A DNA stretch of 62,816 bases from Desulfamplus sp. (GTDB lineage: Bacteria > Desulfobacterota > Desulfobacteria > Desulfobacterales > Desulfobacteraceae), in assembly GCA_015232935.1 (NCBI GenBank), contig JADFYT010000001.1, forward strand, positions 1 to 62,816. Reading direction: 5' to 3'. The notes under the pieces are model-generated. The model ran no database searches, was not told where the DNA came from, and worked only from the letters and a program-made list of their open reading frames with translations. The position numbers and the translations under genes were made by a program. This document shows, one piece after another, positions 51,329 to 60,692 of this stretch (within the stretch, counting starts at the first letter, position 1; the number at the start of each line of letters is the position of its first letter).

Positions 51329-52483
51329 ATGACAACATGGTATTGCACAAACTGTCATTCCCAGATGGAGCAAGACGAGTCTCCACAAAATTGTTCAAAC
51401 TGCCTTGCCCACGAGAAACTTGTACTCGACATGGCAGAAGGGATTCCGGCAACACCTGAAGATGTGCGAGACAGTGCCAGAAAAAAACTTAAAGGTTTAT
51501 GTGCGGCATACCCGCTATGTGATGGTAATTTCGACAAGGTTTGCCAGAAGGAGGCCTATGGCAAATCAATCGGTTTTGGAGGTGCGGGTCAAGGCACATC
51601 TTTTAAAAACAATGTCCAATCCCTTATGAACATAAGGCTGAAAATGAGAGTGGTAGGCGAACATACAGAACCTGACACATCCATTGAATTCCTTGGAATG
51701 AAACTCGATTTTCCGGTTATGGGAGCATCCACAGCAGGTATTGAAAAATATAACGATGCCATGCCTGAAAAAGATTTTTGCAGGGCTGTTGTGAGAGGAT
51801 GCAAAGAGGCCGGAACAATTGGCTGGAGGGGAGATACATGGTTCTACACTCCAAAAAACAATCCTGCCCTTGAGGTGCTAAAAGAGGAAAAAGGGGCAGG
51901 CATACCTATTTTCAAACCCAGATCCCAGGATGTTCTCAAACAGCTTATCAGCATGGCTGAAAATGCCGGATGCCCTGCCGTAGGAATTGATCTTGACGGA
52001 TGCGGCTCTACAATCATGGCAAAGCACGGCCAGCCAGTGTTCCGTAAAAGCTCAAAAGATATCCGGGAACTGGTTGAATTTACCACGCTTCCTTTCATAA
52101 CCAAAGGGATCATGGCTGTTGAAGATGCCAAAGCGTGTGTGGAGGCAGGTGTAAAGGTGATATCTGTATCCAATCACGGCGGCAGGGTTCTTGACTCAAC
52201 TCCTGGTGTGGCAGAGGTTGTTCCTGAAATAGCAGCGATCCTTAAAGGCAAGGTCTTTATTACTGCTGATGGAGGGATAAGAACAGGTTATGATGTACTT
52301 AAAATGATAGCTCTTGGCGCTGATGCAGTATTGCTTGGGAGGGATGTCATAAGAGCTTCGGTTGGGGCAGGATCACTTGGTGTAAAGCTTCATATGGAAC
52401 ATATCAGAAAGGTTTTTAAAAAAGCGATGTTTATGACTGGACAGACCACTGTGAGCGGGATTACAAAAAAAATTCTTTGTTAG
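51329..52483 (+). CDS. FMN-dependent alpha-hydroxy-acid dehydrogenase family protein with N-terminal CxxC/CxxC module
   Basis: TKGIM, SNHGGRVLD, DGGIR, LLGR; WYCTNC...CSNC at the N-terminus. Confidence 0.88.
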   Translation: MTTWYCTNCHSQMEQDESPQNCSNCLAHEKLVLDMAEGIPATPEDVRDSARKKLKGLCAAYPLCDGNFDKVCQKEAYGKSIGFGGAGQGTSFKNNVQSLMNIRLKMRVVGEHTEPDTSIEFLGMKLDFPVMGASTAGIEKYNDAMPEKDFCRAVVRGCKEAGTIGWRGDTWFYTPKNNPALEVLKEEKGAGIPIFKPRSQDVLKQLISMAENAGCPAVGIDLDGCGSTIMAKHGQPVFRKSSKDIRELVEFTTLPFITKGIMAVEDAKACVEAGVKVISVSNHGGRVLDSTPGVAEVVPEIAAILKGKVFITADGGIRTGYDVLKMIALGADAVLLGRDVIRASVGAGSLGVKLHMEHIRKVFKKAMFMTGQTTVSGITKKILC

Positions 52484-52506
52484 ATTTGAGCCTGTTTTTT
52501 TGAATT

Positions 52507-52571
52507 TTACCATAAAAATGCGTTATGATTTTCATGGTTCGGGGTGACAACCCAATGGCAATGAATCTTTA
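52507..52571 (-). mobile_element. 65-bp miniature IS110-like element, type I
   Basis: Minus strand TAAAGATTCATTGCCATTGGGTTGTCACCCCGAACCATGAAAAT...ATTTTTATGGTAA. Confidence 0.75.
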
Positions 52572-52585
52572 TTTATTATATCAGG

Positions 52586-52612
52586 AGGGGGCGTATCAAC
52601 GCTACGCCCCTG
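52586..52612. repeat. REP-like hairpin
   Basis: GGGGCGTA-TCAACGC-TACGCCCC, same stem as in the 89-bp elements; lies between convergent genes. Confidence 0.7.
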
Positions 52613-52631
52613 CAGAAAGAAATACCAACAG

Positions 52632-54518
52632 TTATATAAAACCCTGCTGACCAATATAAAGCAAAATCTCGTGTGCAGCTTCATCTGGTGTGATGTTCGT
52701 AGTATCTATGGTTATCTCGTTGTTTTCCGGTATCTCGTATGGATCATCCACTCCTGTAAAACCTTTTAACAGCCCGGCTCTTGCCTTTGCATACATCCCC
52801 TTGCGGTCACGTTTTTCACACTCTTCAACAGGCGTTGCCACATGCACTTCAAAAAAACCTCCATGCATTTCAATGGCATTTCTTATTTCATCTCTTGTTT
52901 TTTTATACGGGGCTATCGGAGCACAGATGGCAACACCACGATTTTTTGTTATCTCTGCTGCTACAAAGCCAATGCGTCGTACATTGATATCCCTGTGTTC
53001 CTTGGAAAAATCAAGTTCACTTGAAAGATTTCTTCTGACAATATCACCATCAAGCAGCGTGACCGGCCTGGTACCTATCTCCATGAATTTTGCATAGAGT
53101 ACATTGGCAATAGTAGATTTGCCAGCCCCTGACAGCCCTGTCAGAAAGACCGTAAAACCCTGACCGGAAGGTGGTGGGTAGGATTTTTTCAGTTCACAGA
53201 CAACTTCAGGAAAGGTTGCCCACTCCGGCACATTTTTTCCTGCACGGATTCTTTTTCTGATATCTGTACCTGACAAAAAGATTGTCTCTGGCAGAAAGGT
53301 TGTTTCTGCATAGCCTGAATTAGAAGTAGTCTTTGAGCCTTGATCTTTAGAAAACCCGCTTGCAGAAAAATTTGAGCCGTTACCCGCTGAAAATTCATTT
53401 GCAGAAGATTTGCTTTCAGGAAATTTACCCGCAAGAATTTCATCTTCAAACCGGTATTCATCTTCAAATGGAAGATAGAGCATTTTTTTAAATGATATTA
53501 CCTCAACCCCTATTTCCGAAGCAGCCTCGGACGCGATGTTGGAAGCATCCTCACAGTTGTAAAAGGGCAGACCATTGCTATCAGTCCCGGGACTTGAGTG
53601 GTCATGCCCGATTATAAAGTGGGTACAGCCAAAATTTTTACCCATGATCATGTGAAGCAGAGCATCTCTTGGCCCTGCCATTCTCATGGCCAGAGGAAGA
53701 AGATTGAGCAAAAAAGAGTCAGGAGGGTAGTGAGATTCCACCTTTTTATAACACTTCATGCGGGTAAAATGGTCAAAATCACCTGGTTTTGTCTCTCCGG
53801 CAACCGGCAGAAGCAGAAGATTTGCCTTGGCCTTGTGCATTGCCCTGATTGTCATCTCAAATTGCGGTCTATGCAGAGGTTGATGTGTCTGAAATCCAAC
53901 CACCCTTTTCCATCCAAGTTTCCTGAATATTTCCCGAACTTCTGCCGGTGACCTTCTAAGCTGCCTGAAATCGGAATGGATGGGAAGGCTCATGGATTCA
54001 ACCCTTCCGCCTATGTAAAACCGCCCTGACCGATTGTATAGATAATGCACACCTGGATGTTGCACATCCTTTGTTCCATATAGAATCATTGACTCTCTAT
54101 CCCTCTCAACCGGCCATATATCTTCAACACTCATCATGCCAAGCAAAAAGCCCTCAGGATCCCTGAGCATTACAGACTGGCCTGTCTCCAGGCTGTTTCC
54201 AAGAGCCTCCGGCACATCAAGGCAGATGGGCACGGGCCATAGTTCTCCTGTTGAAAGACGCATCCTGTCCAGTACAGTTTCATAGTCAATCTGCTTCATA
54301 AAGCCTTTTAGAGGAGAATAGGCACCAATTGAGAGAAGCTCAAAATCACACATCTGGCGGGGATTGAGAATAACATCCTGCATTGTGGATGAAACTTTTT
54401 TTAAAAGTTCGCAACGTTCTTGATCGACAATCAAATTTACAGGATGGCTGATGTTGCCATGTGCAATAGGGGGAAAACAGGCGGTTTTATTTTTTGACAT
54501 TTCATCTTTGTCTGTCAC
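52632..54518 (-). CDS. cysC: Bifunctional sulfate adenylyltransferase/APS kinase-like protein
   Basis: SPLKGFM, MRMAGPRDALLH (ATP sulfurylase fold); GLSGAGKS, LLDGD, FTGVDDPYE (APS kinase). Confidence 0.9.
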   Translation of the reverse strand: MTDKDEMSKNKTACFPPIAHGNISHPVNLIVDQERCELLKKVSSTMQDVILNPRQMCDFELLSIGAYSPLKGFMKQIDYETVLDRMRLSTGELWPVPICLDVPEALGNSLETGQSVMLRDPEGFLLGMMSVEDIWPVERDRESMILYGTKDVQHPGVHYLYNRSGRFYIGGRVESMSLPIHSDFRQLRRSPAEVREIFRKLGWKRVVGFQTHQPLHRPQFEMTIRAMHKAKANLLLLPVAGETKPGDFDHFTRMKCYKKVESHYPPDSFLLNLLPLAMRMAGPRDALLHMIMGKNFGCTHFIIGHDHSSPGTDSNGLPFYNCEDASNIASEAASEIGVEVISFKKMLYLPFEDEYRFEDEILAGKFPESKSSANEFSAGNGSNFSASGFSKDQGSKTTSNSGYAETTFLPETIFLSGTDIRKRIRAGKNVPEWATFPEVVCELKKSYPPPSGQGFTVFLTGLSGAGKSTIANVLYAKFMEIGTRPVTLLDGDIVRRNLSSELDFSKEHRDINVRRIGFVAAEITKNRGVAICAPIAPYKKTRDEIRNAIEMHGGFFEVHVATPVEECEKRDRKGMYAKARAGLLKGFTGVDDPYEIPENNEITIDTTNITPDEAAHEILLYIGQQGFI

Positions 54519-54563
54519 AATTTTATCTCCATAGAGCTTTATATATTTTTATAAATTATTATT

Positions 54564-54664
54564 GATGGTCGGGTAAAAAGTCATTTTGCAAAAATGCGTC
54601 ATCAATAAAATCAGATAATTATGACTCTAAAAAATGCCTTTTCAGGACTTTTTACGAGACCATC
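54564..54664. mobile_element. 101-bp MITE with IS1182-like terminal repeats and 6-bp target duplication
   Basis: GATGGTCGGGTAAAAAGTC...GACTTTTTACGAGACCATC flanked by ATTATT on both sides. Confidence 0.8.
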
Positions 54665-54852
54665 ATTATTTTGTTACCCAAAAAATTCGACCAGGCAAAA
54701 ATTGCGGTGAAGTTGCCCATGTTCTGTTCAACCAACTTGACTATTGATATCCTTTGCTGTAATAGATCGAACCATCTTTATGCTGACAGTTCATGAATGA
54801 TCCTAAATTACAGCAGTGTACATTTTTTCAAATAATCGAACCAAGACTTTAA

Positions 54853-55914
54853 ATGCAAAGCTTTACTCTAAAAAACCATTTGTTTCTTGCATTCTTTCTT
54901 TTTTTTGTATCCGCAGCCATCAGCCTGTTTCTGATAAGGACTACAAAAGTGCTTGATATTCCAAATGGCCGATCCTCACACTCCAAACCCACTCCTACAA
55001 TTGGCGGGGTTGCAATTGTTTTCACATTTTTTCTCAGCATGGCCATACTCTATTTTGTTGCCCACACCACAATGATCACAGAAAGATATTTTCTTGGTTT
55101 TACGTTCTCAAGTCTTTTAATTGCCGGCATGTCTTTCTATGATGACTTCAAGTGTAAACCCTTTTACATAAAGTTAGCAACACAGATTTTTGCTGTGATT
55201 GTTGTAATGTCCTTTGGCATTATCATCCACCATATTAATTTTCCCTACAATTTTCTTTTCCTGAATGATAAATCACTTGGAGCCGCAAGTTATGTCATTA
55301 CCTTTGGATGGATACTTGGTATGACAAACGCTTATAATTTCATGGATGGACTAAATGGTATGGCTGGCGGAAACGCCATAATCGCATCCATTTTTTTCTG
55401 CATCATATCTCTTGATCAGGGAAGCGACTTTACCTATATGGTATCCTATACCCTTGCAGCTGGAGTCTCGGGTTTTTTGATCTTTAATTTTCCAAGGGGA
55501 AAGTTGTTCATGGGAGATATCGGCAGCACATTTTTAGGATTCTCGTTTGCAACCTTATCAATCATTGCATCCCTTTATGATAATGCCCATACCTCTTTAC
55601 TGATTATCCCGCTGCTCTTTTTTCATTTTATCTATGACACTTTCTTTACTTTTGTACGTAGAATGATAAACGGAGAAAATGTCTTCCAGGCACATCGAAC
55701 CCATCTATACCAACTATTCAACAGACTTGGCTACAAGCACTTCTCGGTTACCATGTTTTACTATACTGTAGCCGTGGCACAAGGCTTGGGTGCTCTGTGG
55801 ATGATCAAAATAACAGGCCTGCAAAGATTGCTGATATTTATTCCATACTTACTGTTTCAGGTAATCTACAGCATTGTGATTATATATTACGCAAAAAAAA
55901 GAGGTGTAATATGA
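54853..55914 (+). CDS. Undecaprenyl-phosphate sugar-1-phosphate transferase (glycosyltransferase 4, WecA/MraY-like)
   Basis: RSSHSKPTP, YDD, NAYNFMDGLNG, FMGDIGS, HRTHLY. Confidence 0.92.
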   Translation: MQSFTLKNHLFLAFFLFFVSAAISLFLIRTTKVLDIPNGRSSHSKPTPTIGGVAIVFTFFLSMAILYFVAHTTMITERYFLGFTFSSLLIAGMSFYDDFKCKPFYIKLATQIFAVIVVMSFGIIIHHINFPYNFLFLNDKSLGAASYVITFGWILGMTNAYNFMDGLNGMAGGNAIIASIFFCIISLDQGSDFTYMVSYTLAAGVSGFLIFNFPRGKLFMGDIGSTFLGFSFATLSIIASLYDNAHTSLLIIPLLFFHFIYDTFFTFVRRMINGENVFQAHRTHLYQLFNRLGYKHFSVTMFYYTVAVAQGLGALWMIKITGLQRLLIFIPYLLFQVIYSIVIIYYAKKRGVI

Positions 55915-56309
55915 ATGACTCTTTACCCAAATCAGTGTCTCCAGTGAATGAACAAAAAACCGCCAAACATGAGAATATATCATCCGGAGACAAGGAGAGT
56001 TCACCTGCAATAATATTTGGATTAAAAGACTACCCAAGACCCAGAAACTCAGGTTTTTTTTACTGCAAGCCGCCTTCTCTGTTTGGAAATTTCAGCATCA
56101 AGACCCTTGCGGTACTTGATCTTTATAATACAGACAGGCAGTATATTACCCAAATAATAACCAAAGGTATTGAGTGTATGCTTGAAGATGACGAGTATGC
56201 CAACAACAAAGAGTATTACCTGACAAATTATGAAACTGAAAACATGAAGCCGTTTGTCCAGACTATTCTGAAACAGGTAATCGAGAGCAACCTTTTGTTA
56301 TCATTATGA
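55911..56309 (+). CDS. Hypothetical protein
   Basis: ATGA overlaps with both neighbours, suggesting translational coupling. Confidence 0.6.
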   Translation: MNDSLPKSVSPVNEQKTAKHENISSGDKESSPAIIFGLKDYPRPRNSGFFYCKPPSLFGNFSIKTLAVLDLYNTDRQYITQIITKGIECMLEDDEYANNKEYYLTNYETENMKPFVQTILKQVIESNLLLSL

Positions 56310-57082
56310 ATCTGATACTTTTACTCGAAGAGGATCTCATAACTAAAGACAGGGTTATCCTTTACGGAAGAAGATTGGAACATATCAGCAAGGTTCATCG
56401 TGCCAACACAGGAGATACTCTCAATGTAGGACTTCTGAACAGCCTTATGGGCAGAGGCAAAATTATTTCCATGGATAAACGCAGTGTCGAGATGGAGATA
56501 ACGCTTGACCATGAACCGCCCCCTCCTCTGCCCCTCACTTTGGTAATTGCCCTGCCAAGACCCAAGATGCTAAGACGGATTCTGCAATCTGCAGCCGCTC
56601 TTGGTATCAAGGAGATTTACATTATCAACTCATGGCGTGTAGAAAAATCCTTCTGGTTATCTCCATTTCTTGCTCCTGACAGGCTTAAAAATGAGCTGAT
56701 TACAGGTCTTGAACAGGCCAAAGATACCATCATGCCCAAAATTTACTTAAAACGTCTTTTCAAGCCTTTTGTCACAGAAGAGCTTTTGCTGCTTGCCAAA
56801 GGTGGAAGATCAAGCCGACTTTCGACATCTTCAACTTCAGCAGCAAATAATTCAGGCATAAATCAATGCAAACCAGTTGCAATCACTGCACACCCGGGAG
56901 CTATTTACCCATGTCCGGAACGGATCACGCAAAGTTCTATTCTTGTAATGGGACCAGAAGGAGGATTCATTGACATTGAGATTGCGACACTGGAACAGGC
57001 AGGCTTCACAACTGTAAATATTGGCAGAAGAATTCTGAGGCTTGAAACCGCGGTACCTTTCATTGTATCAAAATTATATTAA
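56306..57082 (+). CDS. rsmE: 16S rRNA m3U1498 methyltransferase
   Basis: EQA, GPEGGF, GRRILRLETA. Confidence 0.92.
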   Translation: MNLILLLEEDLITKDRVILYGRRLEHISKVHRANTGDTLNVGLLNSLMGRGKIISMDKRSVEMEITLDHEPPPPLPLTLVIALPRPKMLRRILQSAAALGIKEIYIINSWRVEKSFWLSPFLAPDRLKNELITGLEQAKDTIMPKIYLKRLFKPFVTEELLLLAKGGRSSRLSTSSTSAANNSGINQCKPVAITAHPGAIYPCPERITQSSILVMGPEGGFIDIEIATLEQAGFTTVNIGRRILRLETAVPFIVSKLY

Positions 57083-57109
57083 CAAAATTGTTCTTCAAGG
57101 AATATACAA

Positions 57110-57325
57110 ATGAAACCGAACCAGATAAAAGATACAAAATCCAAGCCATCTCAAACAACTGAAAACAGGAATAAAATTAACCCGGAGCGTAAAATGGCAT
57201 TTGAAAGCCTGCCCCCACATATAAGGGAAAATATGACCGAGGAGGAGGTACAACTGTTTCTTTATGCCAGGGAGTGGCCAGAATCCATGTTCAAAAAATT
57301 TGATGAATTTATACTTGCAAAGTAG
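57110..57325 (+). CDS. Small hypothetical protein
   Basis: 71 aa ORF with AAGGA RBS. Confidence 0.6.
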   Translation: MKPNQIKDTKSKPSQTTENRNKINPERKMAFESLPPHIRENMTEEEVQLFLYAREWPESMFKKFDEFILAK

Positions 57326-57436
57326 TGTTCTTTCAAGGTTTATGACACAATACATCATTGTAATCGTAAGGCTTTGATTCTTCTTAATGGTGTCCGCCAG
57401 GACATGGTTTTTTTTAACAAACACAAGGGAGGAAAG

Positions 57437-59155
57437 ATGAGTTTAAAAACGTTAAGCATTAAATGGAAAATTTTCGGGATAGTTTTAATCGGCCCTCTTG
57501 TTGTAGCGATTATCCTTGCATTCCAAAATGTTAACTCCATCCAGGATTGGGCTGAGAAGTCCACAATTGAAAAGAGCCGTGCCGTTGTCCTGATGGCCGA
57601 AGCAGGCAGAAACGAGATGGCAAGCAAACTTGAATCTGGAATAATAAAGCCATTTAGCGAATTGGGCAAATCCAATATTGTATCAGCGGTACCGGTCATC
57701 ACAGCCATAAATATGGCCAGGATCAATGCTGAAAAAGCAGGATATCAGTTCAGAGTTCCAAAATTCAGCCCGAGAAACCCTGATAATGAGCCAACAGAAC
57801 TGGAAGCCGCCATACTAAAAGAGATGGAAGATCAGAACCTTGAGGAAAAAATTGTTGTTGAAGAGAATCAGATCCGTTATTTCAAAGCGGTTTATCTGAC
57901 AAAAGAGTGTCTTTTTTGTCATGGCGATCCCAAAGGCAAAACTGATCCGACAGGTGGGATAATGGAAGGATGGAAAGAGGGCGAAATGCACGGTGCATTT
58001 GAAATTATCGGCTCTCTTGCAGAGGCAAAAGAGGCTGTATGGGAAGCAAAGAAGAGTATTACCCTATGGACAGCACTCATTTTAGTGCTCATCAGCATGT
58101 TTGTCTGGCTCCTTGTAAAAATGAATTTGCTAAAACCCCTTGAGACCTCAACTACGTTCATAAATGCCATCTCAAAAGGAGATCTGACCCGTTCCATTGA
58201 GTCCGATTATAAAGACGAATTTGGAGAGATGTTCACAAACCTCAACACAATGTCTTTAAATCTGAGGAAAATGATCACCGATATTTCAGAGAACAGCAAA
58301 GTTCTTTTAAATGCATCAAGTGGTATTCAGAGCATTGCAGATTCTCTGTCCAAAGGTTCTGACAAGACATCCAATAATGCCAACACTGTAGCTGTAGCCG
58401 CAGAAGAGATGAGTTCAAACATGAATTCCGTTGCCGCAGCAATGGAGCAGGCATCGACAAATATTGGTATTGTGGCAACATCAGCAGAAAATATTAACCG
58501 CAATATAAACGCTATTTCAAACAACTCTGACAAAGCCAGGGAGATTACTGAAAAGGCTGTAAAACAGGCAATAACAGCCTCTGAACGGGTTGATAAATTA
58601 GGACGTGCCGCAACACAGATCGGAAAGGTGACCGAAGCTATCAGCGGCATTTCTGAACAGACCAATCTTCTGGCTCTTAACGCCACCATTGAGGCAGCAA
58701 GGGCGGGAGAAGCAGGAAAGGGATTTGCGGTTGTTGCCAACGAAATCAAAGACCTTGCAAGGCAAACATCAGATGCCACAAGTGAAATCAACAAAATGAT
58801 TGAAGATATTCAAAAATCCACAATGGAAACGGTAAAGGACATTGAAGAGATATCAACCGTCATTAACAATGTGAACAAAACAGTATCTGACATTGCAATA
58901 TCTGTTGATGAGCAGTCCAGAACTACTCGCGAGATTGCTGAAAACGTGATGCAGGCATCCCAGGGTATAAGTGAGGTCAACGAGAATGTCTCGCAGACAT
59001 CAGCTGTCTCGGAAGAGATTGCAAGAGACATCTCTGATGTAAATCAGTCCGCACAGGAAATGTCACGCAACAGCACCACATTGAACAGTAAATCCCGTGA
59101 GCTTTTCGGGATATCAGACAAGATGAAAACAACTGTAAGTAAATTCAAAATCTAA
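57437..59155 (+). CDS. Methyl-accepting chemotaxis protein with periplasmic heme-c (DUF3365-like) sensor
   Basis: [37 protein letters not shown]; GGAGG RBS before 57437. Confidence 0.92.
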   Translation: MSLKTLSIKWKIFGIVLIGPLVVAIILAFQNVNSIQDWAEKSTIEKSRAVVLMAEAGRNEMASKLESGIIKPFSELGKSNIVSAVPVITAINMARINAEKAGYQFRVPKFSPRNPDNEPTELEAAILKEMEDQNLEEKIVVEENQIRYFKAVYLTKECLFCHGDPKGKTDPTGGIMEGWKEGEMHGAFEIIGSLAEAKEAVWEAKKSITLWTALILVLISMFVWLLVKMNLLKPLETSTTFINAISKGDLTRSIESDYKDEFGEMFTNLNTMSLNLRKMITDISENSKVLLNASSGIQSIADSLSKGSDKTSNNANTVAVAAEEMSSNMNSVAAAMEQASTNIGIVATSAENINRNINAISNNSDKAREITEKAVKQAITASERVDKLGRAATQIGKVTEAISGISEQTNLLALNATIEAARAGEAGKGFAVVANEIKDLARQTSDATSEINKMIEDIQKSTMETVKDIEEISTVINNVNKTVSDIAISVDEQSRTTREIAENVMQASQGISEVNENVSQTSAVSEEIARDISDVNQSAQEMSRNSTTLNSKSRELFGISDKMKTTVSKFKI

Positions 59156-59162
59156 TTTTTCC

Positions 59163-59213
59163 GCCGAGAAGTCTGTCTGATCAGTAGTAAAGTTGGGGCT
59201 TCTCGGCGTTTTT
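59163..59213. terminator. Probable terminator hairpin between convergent genes
   Basis: GCCGAGAAG...CTTCTCGGC followed by a T run. Confidence 0.55.
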
Positions 59214-59230
59214 ATTTCAATCCATTACGA

Positions 59231-60562
59231 TTATGGATTAACGGGCTTTTCAATTGCAGTTACTGCCTGATTGTCAAGCATCACCTTGCCACTCTTAACT
59301 TGAAGTATTGCTGTCAGATCATCAAAGACTATTAATTGAACGGCTCTGCTGGCCGGCATTACCAAACTTGTCTTGTTTACCTCATCTTTAAAGGTGATTG
59401 TCGCACCGGAACGCGACACTCTAAAAAAAGATGAAGATTCCTGAAAAGATATGATATTAATGCCGGGAAAATTAATAAGCTTTGCATGTGCCCCATTTTG
59501 TACAATGATATTGTTGACCCCCTGACAGCCGTAAACATAAATATCGCTTCCGGAGTAAATTTTTGTCGGGGTACTGCCTGTCAATATGACCGGATAGCCT
59601 GTCTGCTGAAGTATCCAGCCACTCCCTTTTGATATACGGCTATATACGCCATATGAGTCAGGCTGTGCACAGCCGTTTCCCCAGCTGACAATTCCAGTGA
59701 GGATATACCCGCCATCAGTGAGGGGAGTCACAAGCGGTCCCCCACTGTCTCCTAAACAGGCATCCTTTCCCCCTTCAGCAAAACCTGCACAAAGCATATT
59801 CTCTGTAATTTCTCCATCTCCAAAAAAAACCGCACAATCTTCATTGGATACTAATGGGAGCTTTACCTCCTGCAACTGGTCTGGATATGAACGGTTTTTG
59901 GGTTCTGTCGAGCCCCATCCCATAGCGGTCGCCATGACGTTTTTTTTGGAAGTCAAAGATAATTTCAGAAAAGAGAAATCTGTTTCAGATGTTGCCAAAA
60001 AATCAACTGGCTGCTTGGTTGAGGGGGTCTTAAGTTGAATCAGGGCAAAGTCATTATCTGTAAGAATATCATCGTAATCAGGATGAACAATAATTTTAGA
60101 GACTTCGATCCGCTCATATGTGTCAGTGGACGCATTTAAATTCAACATATCAAGAACAACATCAATACTATGAGCCTGAAGTGGAAGGGTACTATAGTCC
60201 TCGCAGACGCAATGTGCCGCGGTCAGCACCCAGAAAGGTTCTATAAGCACCCCTCCGCAAAACTGCCCACGGGCAAGGTCATCTTCGTTGCTGTAAACCA
60301 AAGCAGCCATCCATGGATACTTTGAGGGATCAGTTACAGTCTGACCGCCCACTATGCGAGTTTCATGAGAAGTACGTACATCATTGAAACAAGAAGCATC
60401 TGGCGACAAATCTATAGTATCAGCAGGGATCTTCTGAGCAAAAGATGGGGAAGGATATCTGGCTGTGAAGGACAAGAATTCAACCAAGGGATAAAAAGCA
60501 TATAATACAGAGAAGCACGGCATGAAACAGAGCAGCACAAATATACGAAACCATCTTTTCAT
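59231..60562 (-). CDS. Secreted trypsin-like serine protease (S1) with C-terminal extra domain
   Basis: Signal peptide, R-IVGG, TAAHC, DFAL, DACLGDSGGP, VSWG; start 60562 or 60577. Confidence 0.92.
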   Translation of the reverse strand: MKRWFRIFVLLCFMPCFSVLYAFYPLVEFLSFTARYPSPSFAQKIPADTIDLSPDASCFNDVRTSHETRIVGGQTVTDPSKYPWMAALVYSNEDDLARGQFCGGVLIEPFWVLTAAHCVCEDYSTLPLQAHSIDVVLDMLNLNASTDTYERIEVSKIIVHPDYDDILTDNDFALIQLKTPSTKQPVDFLATSETDFSFLKLSLTSKKNVMATAMGWGSTEPKNRSYPDQLQEVKLPLVSNEDCAVFFGDGEITENMLCAGFAEGGKDACLGDSGGPLVTPLTDGGYILTGIVSWGNGCAQPDSYGVYSRISKGSGWILQQTGYPVILTGSTPTKIYSGSDIYVYGCQGVNNIIVQNGAHAKLINFPGINIISFQESSSFFRVSRSGATITFKDEVNKTSLVMPASRAVQLIVFDDLTAILQVKSGKVMLDNQAVTAIEKPVNP

Positions 60563-60692
60563 CGTAAAAGACCCCATATGGAAATTACATCAGTCATGTT
60601 ACGCACCAGCTTTGATCAACAAGAGTTTTACATGGTTATCAAAATCCCGAAACCATTTATTTTTCAGTATTCACTGCGTAACACAACTTACA

